The notes below the pieces were generated by a model, which saw only the letters and a list, made by a program, of their open reading frames with translations, made no database searches and was not told the DNA's origin. Shown here piece by piece: positions 19,737-28,299 of a DNA stretch of 51,853 nucleotides. Source of the DNA: a bacterium. Its GTDB lineage: Bacteria; Hinthialibacterota; Hinthialibacteria; Hinthialibacterales; Hinthialibacteraceae. The translations under genes and the position numbers were made by a program. Location of the stretch: contig CAXXSM010000129.1 of the NCBI GenBank assembly GCA_963663405.2, positions 1-51,853 on the forward strand, given 5' to 3'. Each line of letters opens with the position of its first letter. Positions within the stretch are counted from its first letter, which is position 1.

Positions 19737-20921
19737 TCATCCCAGATCAGCCCCGTTAAAGTAGGCTTCGATTCGGTCGAATGCTCGATTGATCTCGGCG
19801 TCAGGAACGCAAAAGGATAGCCGCAGGTGGTTCTCACCGGTCGGTCCGAACGCAATGCCTGGCGTCGTCGAAACACGGGCCTCGCGAAGCAGTTTCTTGC
19901 AAAAACTCATCGAATCCTGGCCTTCGTCTGCGAGGATTCTAGGGAACATCAGGTACGATCCTGTCGGCTTTTGGTACTCGAAAACGGAGCGGAGCCGATC
20001 AAGCCGGGCGCACATGATGTCCCGTGCCGACCGGTAGTGTTCCCGGAACTCGGCAACATACTCCTGCGGCCCCGTCAACGCAGCCAGCGCCGCATACTGT
20101 GACACAACCGGAGGGCATATGCAGCACGCAATGTGCGCCTTCCCGATCTGCGGTATAAGTGACGCGTCGGCATGCAGATACCCAATACGCCAGCCCGTCA
20201 TGGCATACGTCTTGGTAAATGTGAAGCAGCTCACCACCTTCTTCCTGACTTCAGGGATCGATGCAATGCTGAAATGTTTCTCGCCGTCGTAGGTAAAGTA
20301 TTCATAGGCTTCGTCCATGATAAGCATAAGGTCATACTCGAGCACGAGTTCAGCCAGCCGCCTGAGCTGCTGCTCATCGAAGACTGTGCCGGTGGGATTG
20401 TTTGGCGTGCACAGAATCACCGCTTTCGTTTTTGGCGTGATCGATTCGCGGAATGCGTCAAAATCGAATGCAAAACCTTCTTCCTCGACGGTAGGAACGA
20501 ACACCGGCACGCCAGAAGCCAGCCGCACCTGGAGCACGTGAGTCGAATAGGATGGCGACGGCACGATGATTTCATCGCCGGGATCGAGCAACGCCATGAC
20601 CACGGAGGTCAGCCCCTCCACAGCCCCAACCGTCGTCAGTATCTCCGCGGGATCGGCCGGAATATTGTTGTCGCGTTCGAGTTTCTTGGCGATCTGTTCA
20701 CGCAGCGCAGGTATCCCGGCGTTAGTCGAGTAGCCTGCAGTCAATCCGTCACGAATCGCGCGGACCGCGCCTTCCTTAATATGCTCGGGAGTGTCCGTCG
20801 TCGGCTTCGCCCAAGACAAGAATGCGGGATCCTCGACCTGTTGCGACAAGCGCGTCATCTCATGGATGGCTGACGTGGGAATCTTTTGGACTCGCTGTGA
20901 GACGCAGTGTCTCATATTCAT
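19737..20921 (-). CDS. Class I/II PLP-dependent aminotransferase (aspartate aminotransferase-like)
   Basis: ATG at 20921 after GGAGG; 'YSTNAGIPALRE', 'TPNNPTG', 'MDEAY', 'TFTKTYAMTGWRIGY', 'PGIAFG...HLRLSF'. Visibly higher GC than its flanks. Confidence 0.92.
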   Translation of the reverse strand: MNMRHCVSQRVQKIPTSAIHEMTRLSQQVEDPAFLSWAKPTTDTPEHIKEGAVRAIRDGLTAGYSTNAGIPALREQIAKKLERDNNIPADPAEILTTVGAVEGLTSVVMALLDPGDEIIVPSPSYSTHVLQVRLASGVPVFVPTVEEEGFAFDFDAFRESITPKTKAVILCTPNNPTGTVFDEQQLRRLAELVLEYDLMLIMDEAYEYFTYDGEKHFSIASIPEVRKKVVSCFTFTKTYAMTGWRIGYLHADASLIPQIGKAHIACCICPPVVSQYAALAALTGPQEYVAEFREHYRSARDIMCARLDRLRSVFEYQKPTGSYLMFPRILADEGQDSMSFCKKLLREARVSTTPGIAFGPTGENHLRLSFCVPDAEINRAFDRIEAYFNGADLG

Positions 20922-21236
20922 GATGTGTTTCCTCCAATACAATGGCACGGATGACTTTTCACACGCCATCGGCCTGAAACAGCCTCAACTGGGTGTTTCT
21001 CCTCTACTTATACTTTCTTCTGAGCCTTTCCGGCTAGTCGAACAAATTATTCAGTAGATTCGGGTGTTCATTCCGTATTTTCTTGACTGTTAATATAAAT
21101 ACGAATGCACTTGGTTTGTTTTCAAACTGTTGTTAATCGCAAATGCATCTTGAGACTGTTTTCTTTTGTTTATGAAGAAATTACATCAGTAATTGATCCA
21201 TAACTATTCCATACTATTAACACAGCATCGTGTTTC

Positions 21237-21981
21237 TCAAGCCGGCCGAAGGGATTTTTCAAGTGGTTGCGCTTTTACTTCGACTTTTGCATTCAGTATA
21301 AAAATTTGCTTCGCGATAAGAATAATCTACAAGTTTTTTGAAGAAACTTCAAGAAGAGAATCAGTTGGTCGCATGAAGGATGACGGACCGAGAATTACGG
21401 AGGCGTAGATATTTCCAAGACCGGAAAGCAGTTTATCTATGGTATTGGTTACTATAGATGAGGCTGTTATTATGGCAATGTTGCATACTGTAAGAGATGA
21501 ACGTCCCTCAGAAGGAGAAATCGTACCCGGTTTATCGCTTTTCAATCCCATAATATCCAGACGGCATCCGGTCTGGCGGATTCCTGGGACTAGAGGGCTG
21601 ATAAAAAACTGCCATAACAACATGTTCATTTGGTTGAATATTGATCAGTTCAAGAATTTCAGTTGAAACAGTTCCCCGACGGATTTTTTGGGCCTCGAGG
21701 GCGTTGGTCGTTGCAAGGCCGATTATTTTGCTAAGTAATTATTGCTGTCTGCTAGCATATCAAGAAGTTCCCATGCCAGTCTTCCGGCAAGTGTTCCGGT
21801 TTTCGGTTGGTGAATACATCCTTTGGAGATCCCATCTCCCGATCACGCTATGCCTGTATTTCCGTTATTAAGACACACACTTGTATAAACCTGTCAAATA
21901 CAGACATCAGCAATAGTAAGATCTTTCGAGATGGGGGCATTAAGTTGATTTTTTTGGGGGGGGATGAATTCTGTTATCCAT
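21237..21981 (-). pseudogene. Degraded DUF4213/DUF364 (Rossmann-like, putative metal-binding) gene
   Basis: 'MDNRIHPPPKKNQLNAPISKDLTIADVCI*QVYTSVCLNNGNTGIA*', 'IIGLATTNAL', 'CNIAIITASSIVTNTIDKLL...VILGPSS'; several stops and frameshifts. Confidence 0.7.
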
Positions 21982-22006
21982 GAGCAGCCTTCTTAGAAGT
22001 TTTACA

Positions 22007-22092
22007 CTCTAACACCAAGCTAATCGGCGCTTAAAGTTGGAGCGGCGCAAGAAGCGGAAACTTGAGCGTCCGGGTGCAGCATCAGGTTAGGT
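22007..22092 (-). other. attC-like integron cassette recombination site (solitary)
   Basis: Minus strand: R'' ACCTAAC - ctgatgctgcacccggacgc...gcgccgattagcttggt - R' GTTAGAG. 86-bp imperfect palindrome, 100 nt downstream of the stop of the minus-strand gene 22193-22939. Confidence 0.7.
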
Positions 22093-22192
22093 TTGCTTAT
22101 ACTGCGTATCTGTTTACAGACATATACCTCGACTTAGAGATATTATTTTTTTCTGAGTTTTGAATGATTATTTTCAAAGCAGTCAAATTAAA

Positions 22193-22939
22193 TTATGAGG
22201 CTTTGAAACACAATCTTTTGAGGTTCAAAACAACCGCAGAACCCGCAATCGTTGTACCGTAGACATATATGGATTTATTGTATTTGCCCGCATTGGCGAT
22301 CAGGTTTTTAAGGGTGTTGTTAACTATTGTGGAACCCGTTGCGAGAAGAACATCACTGTTTTTAAAAATTTCTTCTACCATTGTTTTTCCATCCCAGATA
22401 ACAACTCCGTACTTTTCCTTGCCAATGTTATCTTGATCCAGGTCAATAACTCTTATGTTTTTCGGTGAAACGGTTTTTGAAAAGTTATCAATAATTGCAG
22501 GTTGAAATCCAACAATACCTATAGTAATTTCTTTTCCATATTTATTAATAATGTTTTCCACAATTTCCTTTGCACATATTTCAGGCTCTTTATTTTTACA
22601 GTGAATAGTTTTATCCGCTTTTTCAAGATGGCGCATAACCGCATTCAGGGTTGAAATAAAAAGAGCCCGTTTCCCGTTATTACTCAGTTCAATTTCAAGT
22701 ATATCTCTAATCTTTCCTTTAAAACTCATTGGCATATCAGTAAACGCTTGACCAAGCGCGCCTTTGAACTCTGCCTGCATTAGACTTTCCTTCCCTTGCA
22801 AAAGTGGAAAGTCTTTTCTTTCTGTTTTACCTATGGCCTCTCTGGCAGTCAATTGCCTGGCTGTAATATTAACCTCGGTTTCCAGTAGTCCGTTTTCATG
22901 GGCAATTTTGACAAATGCTGATTTAAGTTGATTAAACAT
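22193..22939 (-). CDS. DUF364-family Rossmann-like domain protein
   Basis: 'REAIGKTERKDFPLLQGKE...GQAFTD', 'RALFISTLNAVMRHL', 'IGIVGFQPA', 'DVLLATGSTIVNNT', 'YGTTIAG'; AT-rich gene. Confidence 0.85.
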   Translation of the reverse strand: MFNQLKSAFVKIAHENGLLETEVNITARQLTAREAIGKTERKDFPLLQGKESLMQAEFKGALGQAFTDMPMSFKGKIRDILEIELSNNGKRALFISTLNAVMRHLEKADKTIHCKNKEPEICAKEIVENIINKYGKEITIGIVGFQPAIIDNFSKTVSPKNIRVIDLDQDNIGKEKYGVVIWDGKTMVEEIFKNSDVLLATGSTIVNNTLKNLIANAGKYNKSIYVYGTTIAGSAVVLNLKRLCFKAS

Positions 22940-23065
22940 ATTGAATTACCTCAAGAAAATTGTACTTATAATTTTATAGCGATTCTCTTTAAGATGAAAC
23001 TGCCAAAAGTTATAAACCAAAATTAAGGTCACAAGACCTTGTAGATATTCAAGTGTGCTTAGTAC

Positions 23066-23083
23066 AACCCACATTCCGCACAT
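23066..23083 (-). repeat. Right copy of the 18-bp inverted repeat (IS-end-like, CCCACATTCCGCA)
   Basis: AACCCACATTCCGCACAT; partner at 19687-19704. Confidence 0.65.
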
Positions 23084-23355
23084 CTCGGGTAGGTAATTTG
23101 AGATTTATTTGAGTGGTTATCATAACCATAATTCATTGGTAATGAGCCTGTGACACCTCCAAGAGTGTGAGTATTTCTTTATGAGTTTTAGTGAGATCAG
23201 CCGGAAAAATATTGATTGTATTTCCATCGGATCAAAACCTGACAGGGATATATTATCCCTGTTCAAGTCATACTCGTAAACAGGACCACTATGGAGATCA
23301 TTCAAACCGCTATTCCAATGATTCTGATGGCGCTTATATTGGCCTCTTCGCTATT

Positions 23356-23830
23356 TCATGTGGGTAGAGGGTAGAACCTCGAGAAGATTACATTCCAATT
23401 TTCCTCTGCCAAACAGATGGTTACGATCAACTTGTAGACGTTTCGATATCTGTTAAGCGACAAGTATTTTGCAGTAGGATTGCCCTCCATCGATCCGTTT
23501 GCGGGTCTGGATTTTATCGAAGAAAAAAGAACCATATCTTTATGTGCCGCATGCTTGTGGAGTCTGTGGTCAGGCGCCTCAATAATCTTTCTCATTCCCC
23601 CTAATCTTTCGCAGGTGGCTGTCCAAATCTTGTGGGCAAACCGGCAGGAACTTTCTCTTCTCACCCAGAGTATCGGCGGTTTGTCCATAAGATGGCAGAA
23701 TCCACAAGCCCTCACTCGTTCGGATTACTGATCATGAATCGCAGACCGGAGAGACTCAGCCGGTTTCATCCGGTGTCTTTTGCTTAGTTTGGCGGCTTGC
23801 CTGCAGAAACGGGAACGATTCAAGCCGTAT
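23356..23830 (-). pseudogene. Decayed 3' part of a second, diverged ISL3 transposase
   Basis: 'ANGSMEG...RYRNVYKLIVTICL...LPT*' aligns with the intact copy's 'NNGLLEG...GYRNVNNLITTIYL' and runs into the IR. The upstream boundary is approximate. Confidence 0.7.
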
Positions 23831-23832
23831 TA

Positions 23833-25086
23833 CTATTTCGTGTGGGGCGAGGGAAGAACCTTGGGAAGATTGAATTCCAACTTGCTTCCAATCAAATAGA
23901 TGGTAGTGATTAAATTGTTGACGTTGCGATAGCCTCTCGCACGGGCCTTGGCGGCTTGGATCAGGCTATTCATCCCCTCCAACAGACCATTGTTGATTCG
24001 CGAAGTAAACCAACGCACCACACCAGCCCAGTGCTCCTTGATCGTTTTCGCGGCCTTGATCATAGGCTCAATCCGGCTGTGAGTCGCCCAATAATACCAC
24101 TTTTTAAGAAACGATTCCCCCTCCTCCGGATCGTCGAACGAAAACACGTCTTGGAACACGGATCGCAGATGGTAGGCTTTCACCGTCTTCAATTTGCTCC
24201 CTCGTACATCTTGAAAAATTTCGTTCCGTTTCTTCTCTTGCTTGTCCGTGAGATTCCATTCATTCTTCAGCCAAATATACTTCGTCCCCTTCAATAATTC
24301 GGGATAAATCGCTTGGTCTTGTTTGCGCACTTCGTCCACAGCTTGATTGATAATCCTCATCAGGTGGTATTCATCAAATGTCATTTCGGCGGCCGGGAAA
24401 TTGGCTTCAATCCCGGATTGAAACGCCTGGGACATATCCAAACAAAATTCCTCCACCTGCTCCGCCTTTCCGTTATGCGTCTCTAAATCCTCTTTGAACG
24501 CCCCCACCGTTTGAGCGTCCTTTCCATCGGTGGCAAACATCACGCTGCGCTCGTCCAAATCCATGAATACGCTGACATAATTGTGCCCTTTGGCCTTTGA
24601 GGTCTCATCCACCCCCACCGCCTTCACTCCCGAAAAATCCTCCCTCTCTCGCGCGTCCATCACATAATGAGTCAGCACTCGCCAAATCAGCGTGTCATAT
24701 TCTCCGACCACTCGGCTGATCGCATTGGCCGTCATCCCATTCTCCGCCAGTGCCATGACCAACGCTTCAAATAACAACGTAAATCCCGCCCCCGGACGGG
24801 CCCAGGGAAGATTCACTGTCTTGACTTTATGATTGGGACATTTCACACGAGGTTGCCGGGCGTGTAAATACGTCTCATACTGAAAGAAATTCAGATGCCT
24901 CCAAGTGCGTCGTTTCGTATCATGCACTCCACACAGGTTCCCGCATTCGGGACAGGGAAACAGACTCCCCTCGGGAAAGTCCAGCGTGAGGTGCAAGGTT
25001 TTTTCTTCCTCAGGAAACTCGGCCTGGACGACCTGCCATGGCTCACTCAAACCTAACGCTAACCGGAATAATTCTTGGTTCTTCAT
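23833..25086 (-). CDS. ISL3-family transposase
   Basis: 'LALGLSEPW', Zn finger 'CPECG', 'RTWRHLNFFQYETYLHARQPRVKC', 'VGVDETS', 'LDMSQAF', 'FDEYHL', 'NGLLEGMNSLIQAAKARARGYRN'. Confidence 0.95.
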   Translation of the reverse strand: MKNQELFRLALGLSEPWQVVQAEFPEEEKTLHLTLDFPEGSLFPCPECGNLCGVHDTKRRTWRHLNFFQYETYLHARQPRVKCPNHKVKTVNLPWARPGAGFTLLFEALVMALAENGMTANAISRVVGEYDTLIWRVLTHYVMDAREREDFSGVKAVGVDETSKAKGHNYVSVFMDLDERSVMFATDGKDAQTVGAFKEDLETHNGKAEQVEEFCLDMSQAFQSGIEANFPAAEMTFDEYHLMRIINQAVDEVRKQDQAIYPELLKGTKYIWLKNEWNLTDKQEKKRNEIFQDVRGSKLKTVKAYHLRSVFQDVFSFDDPEEGESFLKKWYYWATHSRIEPMIKAAKTIKEHWAGVVRWFTSRINNGLLEGMNSLIQAAKARARGYRNVNNLITTIYLIGSKLEFNLPKVLPSPHTK

Positions 25087-25618
25087 TCTCTTCCTTCTCT
25101 CTCTCTCTCTCTCTTGGGATTGGGATCTTTGCCTTTAGCCTGGGCGGAGGATCGGACCTTGCGGGGACGCGAACTGAGTGCTGACCAAGAAGACTGTCGA
25201 AGGACGGTCTAGCACCGCCCTTCTTGTTAGTTTATCTCGTCGGGATTGGTACGTAAGCGATATATCTTCGGGAGGATGGAGGAAAGCCTTCCCCAAATCT
25301 ACCCACTCGATTCAGCGAAGAGCCTTATATTGTCTGCGCGTTGGGCGGGTAGGGATCGGATCTGAATATTGCTAAACTTTTTGGGCCGACATGAACTGTA
25401 AACGGCGGACCAAAAAATGAATAAATAATAGAAGAAAAAACGACGGTTCAAAAGTGAAGTATATAAAAGCCGACATCTGGAAGAAACCATCCAAGAGAGA
25501 ATTAATTGGGTAACATTTATAGATAATATGGATTTGGTATATTGCACCCGCATAATGAATTATGATCAACTCGTTTTCGCTGGCAGTTTTCCATAATCCA
25601 AGACAGAGAGAGACAACC

Positions 25619-26599
25619 ATGATGTTCATGATTACATTAATTCTTTTATTAACGATGGGATCGATTGCGACAGCCGAACCTACGGTATTCAAGTCATGGG
25701 AGTTTAATAGGTGGAACGATCCGCAGGGCTGGAATGTGCCTCCAGCGTTTGGAGGATCCATTACCGGAGAGGGGATTTGGCTGCATATCCAAATGATGCC
25801 GGAACATATTCAGGAACTTTCGTGGCGTCAACTCATTTGGTTGCCGCATCCTCCATTGTCTTTAGTCTCACCCTCAGGTCTTAGTATTGATACAACTTGC
25901 GCCTCAAAGGTTCGGTTACGTGTCTTGAACCAATCTCCTGAAACGGATGGCTTGTTGATTTGGCGTACGGCTACTGCGCCGGACACGAATGCGGGCACCG
26001 TGCGTTTCACAATGCATCCGATGTGTAACAGGTGGCAGGATGTGGTGGTTGACCTGGAGAACCAGTGGTCGGGTATTGTGGATCAGATACATATATTGCC
26101 GGCGCTGATTGGCTCTTCGGGTGACATGTGGATCTCGCGGATTGCTGTGACTGACGGAATTCCTGCCCCGAAAAAGGCGCGTCCGGACGTGGCTAGCACA
26201 GCTGTCGTTCCCAGGATTACGTTGCCGTCTATTGACCAGCCGGCATTTGCCGATGCGTTCAAAGTGCTTGACGAGTGCCTAATTAACAATGTACCTGTCC
26301 ACGGTTTTACCGAACCGGTCATGGGACCGGGTGGGGCCTATGGAGAAAACTGGTGGCAACTGGATTCGTCTTTGACGTGCGATGGCGCGAAGTGGGCCAA
26401 CCAGTCTTTCGCGGAAGGAACGCTTCGCGGATTCGCTTCGGTGCAGTCGCAAAATCCGGACGGCAGAATCGATCTGTGGGGTGGCGCTCCAAGCCGGGGA
26501 ATGCCTGCTTTGGCAAGTAGCATTCCACGGCTTTTCGAGGTGGGCTATCGGATAGCGCGACGTAGCAGCGATGACGAGAGTAAGACGATTGGCGTTTGA
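25619..26599 (+). CDS. N-terminal part of a secreted (alpha/alpha)6 glycoside hydrolase (GH63/MGH1-like); frameshifted
   Basis: Signal peptide MMFMITLILLLTMGSIATA; beta-rich N-domain; 'PGGAYGENWWQLDSSL', 'FASVQSQNPDGRI', 'SSIPRLFEV'. Confidence 0.7.
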   Translation: MMFMITLILLLTMGSIATAEPTVFKSWEFNRWNDPQGWNVPPAFGGSITGEGIWLHIQMMPEHIQELSWRQLIWLPHPPLSLVSPSGLSIDTTCASKVRLRVLNQSPETDGLLIWRTATAPDTNAGTVRFTMHPMCNRWQDVVVDLENQWSGIVDQIHILPALIGSSGDMWISRIAVTDGIPAPKKARPDVASTAVVPRITLPSIDQPAFADAFKVLDECLINNVPVHGFTEPVMGPGGAYGENWWQLDSSLTCDGAKWANQSFAEGTLRGFASVQSQNPDGRIDLWGGAPSRGMPALASSIPRLFEVGYRIARRSSDDESKTIGV

Positions 26600-27606
26600 G
26601 GTTCTCAGTAAGTATCTGGATTGGTGGCTTTCTCCGGTCAAGCAGTGACACGCAAACCGGTCTGATTACCTATGTTTTTGAAGAGAGTTTCTGTGAGCCT
26701 ATAGATACTCCGCAGACGATGGCTCCAGTCGATCTGCAGGTAGCCGTTGCGATTGGATGCGCCTACGTGTCTGAACTTGCGGAATGGGTAGGCGAGGCCA
26801 AAGCGGCGGCTCGGTACCGGAAGGCCTTTGAAGATCTGAAGAATGCTATCAATAAGTATTGTTGGGATGAGGATGAAGGAGCGTACTACAACTTTAATGT
26901 AAAGACGTTAACGCGCAGCAAACGTCTGATCGTATCGACGTTTGATCCATTGCGGCTTGGTATTGCGCCAAATGAACGTATTCCACGGCTTTTGGAGAAA
27001 CTTACAGATCCAGCGCTTTTCAATTGGGGTATCCGGCCACTAACGAGCCTTGCTAAGACGGAACAGGACTACGTGGAGGCTGAAGGTCCCTATGACGGCC
27101 GGGCATGGTTTGGTGACATCTGGACGATGCGCAATCTGCCTGTAATTTTTGGGTTGCGAGACTGCGGACAGGACGAACTCGCGGCGCAACTGGCGTGGGA
27201 CACGGTAAGAACTTTTCATGCAAATTATGCTGAATATGTGACACCATCCAACGGGAAGGGAGAAGGTGTTAGGAGGTACGGTTGGTCGGCTTCTCAGTAC
27301 ATTCAGACCGTGATTGAGCATGTTTTTGGCATTGACTATGATGCGGTAAAAAAACGCCTGAGCATTGTACCGCTTCTGGTCCCCGATCTTCGTATGTGTC
27401 GTATTGCGATTGAGGGATTGAAGTTGCCGACACCAGAAAACTCACGGCTATCGGTCGTGATTGTTCCACAGGAAAATGGTGAAACCGTAGTTGAAGTGGC
27501 GGTGGAGTCTGTACCCCTTGGAGTTTCGTTAGTAATTAGGCTTGACGGTGTAGTACATGAAATGCCACTTGGTTCCGATCAACGGATTGTTATTAAGCAG
27601 AGGTAA
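26596..27606 (+). CDS. C-terminal part of the same GH63/MGH1-like hydrolase
   Basis: 'APVDLQ', 'AINKYCWDEDEGAYY', 'FDPLRLG', 'WGIRPLTS', 'WFGDIW', 'YAEY...GEGVRRYGWSAS'. A third frame bridges the two ORFs: 'RRLAFEVLSKYLDWWLSPVK'. Confidence 0.75.
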   Translation: MRFSVSIWIGGFLRSSSDTQTGLITYVFEESFCEPIDTPQTMAPVDLQVAVAIGCAYVSELAEWVGEAKAAARYRKAFEDLKNAINKYCWDEDEGAYYNFNVKTLTRSKRLIVSTFDPLRLGIAPNERIPRLLEKLTDPALFNWGIRPLTSLAKTEQDYVEAEGPYDGRAWFGDIWTMRNLPVIFGLRDCGQDELAAQLAWDTVRTFHANYAEYVTPSNGKGEGVRRYGWSASQYIQTVIEHVFGIDYDAVKKRLSIVPLLVPDLRMCRIAIEGLKLPTPENSRLSVVIVPQENGETVVEVAVESVPLGVSLVIRLDGVVHEMPLGSDQRIVIKQR

Positions 27607-27826
27607 AGCCTATCGTTACATCAGCCCAATGGGATGCTGGCTAAAGTTGTAAGGTCAAAAAAGTCGAGTAAACTGTAACTAACCTTCTTAAAAAGACTTG
27701 GAAAAATGACTCATCCATGATTTCGTCCCATTGACATACTGCTTCCCTGCTTAGATTCTATAGCACTTTGAATACGGGGAAACGATGAATTTCATTTTAC
27801 AGCCATGGCGCCTCTTATTACCCACC

Positions 27827-27868
27827 GTCACAGTAGGGACGCAGGTTTCTCGGCGTTTCTACCGTGAC
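27827..27868. repeat. REP-like (GTAG-type) imperfect palindrome
   Basis: GTCACAGTAGGGACGC-aggtttctcg-GCGTTTCTACCGTGAC; 16-bp arms with 2 GU pairs and 1 mismatch. Confidence 0.5.
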
Positions 27869-28299
27869 ATTGAGATTTACGGCTCTTCAACTTGCGGTTA
27901 AACTGCACCATTACAGAACTATGAGGGACAATTGCAATTAAATTTCTCTCGTTTTCAATCAATTGGAATTGATTAAAATCAAATCCAATACATTTGAAAT
28001 TTAGACGACTGAAAATTTATTCATTTAAAGTGATCCTTGCGGCTACTGGTTTATATGAAAATGAGTTTCTGATTCTTGCTCATTCGAGATTTGAGATATC
28101 ATCCAGGACTCATCTTCATTTGCAGTTGTGATCTCGATCATGATCGCTTATATGAAAGCAATCGGAGAGACGCATTCGCAAATTGGCCTTGGAAGAATCG
28201 AATCAAATTTTGCGTTGAGAGTGGGATTAAATATCTGATGAATGAGTTGACCATTAGGAAAACTGTGAATTTCCTGTTGGGATTGAGGGAGTTGATTTT

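Larger units (their letters stand above)
23342..25324 (-). mobile_element. ISL3-family insertion sequence with 8-bp target-site duplication
   Basis: Imperfect terminal IRs GCCTCTTCGCTATTTCATGTGGGTAG (23342-23367) and CTACCCACTCGATTCAGCGAAGAGCC (25299-25324); flanking direct repeat TTATATTG at 23334-23341 and 25325-25332. Confidence 0.88.

Noticed and set aside
20172-20873. 233-aa plus-strand ORF and other long antisense ORFs (e.g. 15118-15639 alternative frame, 30576-31037)
   Set aside because: Shadows of well-supported genes; no motifs of their own.
21948-21963. T/G homopolymer tract as a phase-variation switch
   Set aside because: The gene has several independent stops downstream, so slippage could not restore it.
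23291-23731. Plus-strand hydrophobic ORF pieces resembling a membrane transporter
   Set aside because: Better explained as the antisense of the decayed ISL3 3' end; the IR and TSD lie inside it.
27900-28299. CIRCE/heat-shock element upstream of the Hsp70 operon
   Set aside because: No TTAGCACTC-N9-GAGTGCTAA found; the short ORFs here lack support.
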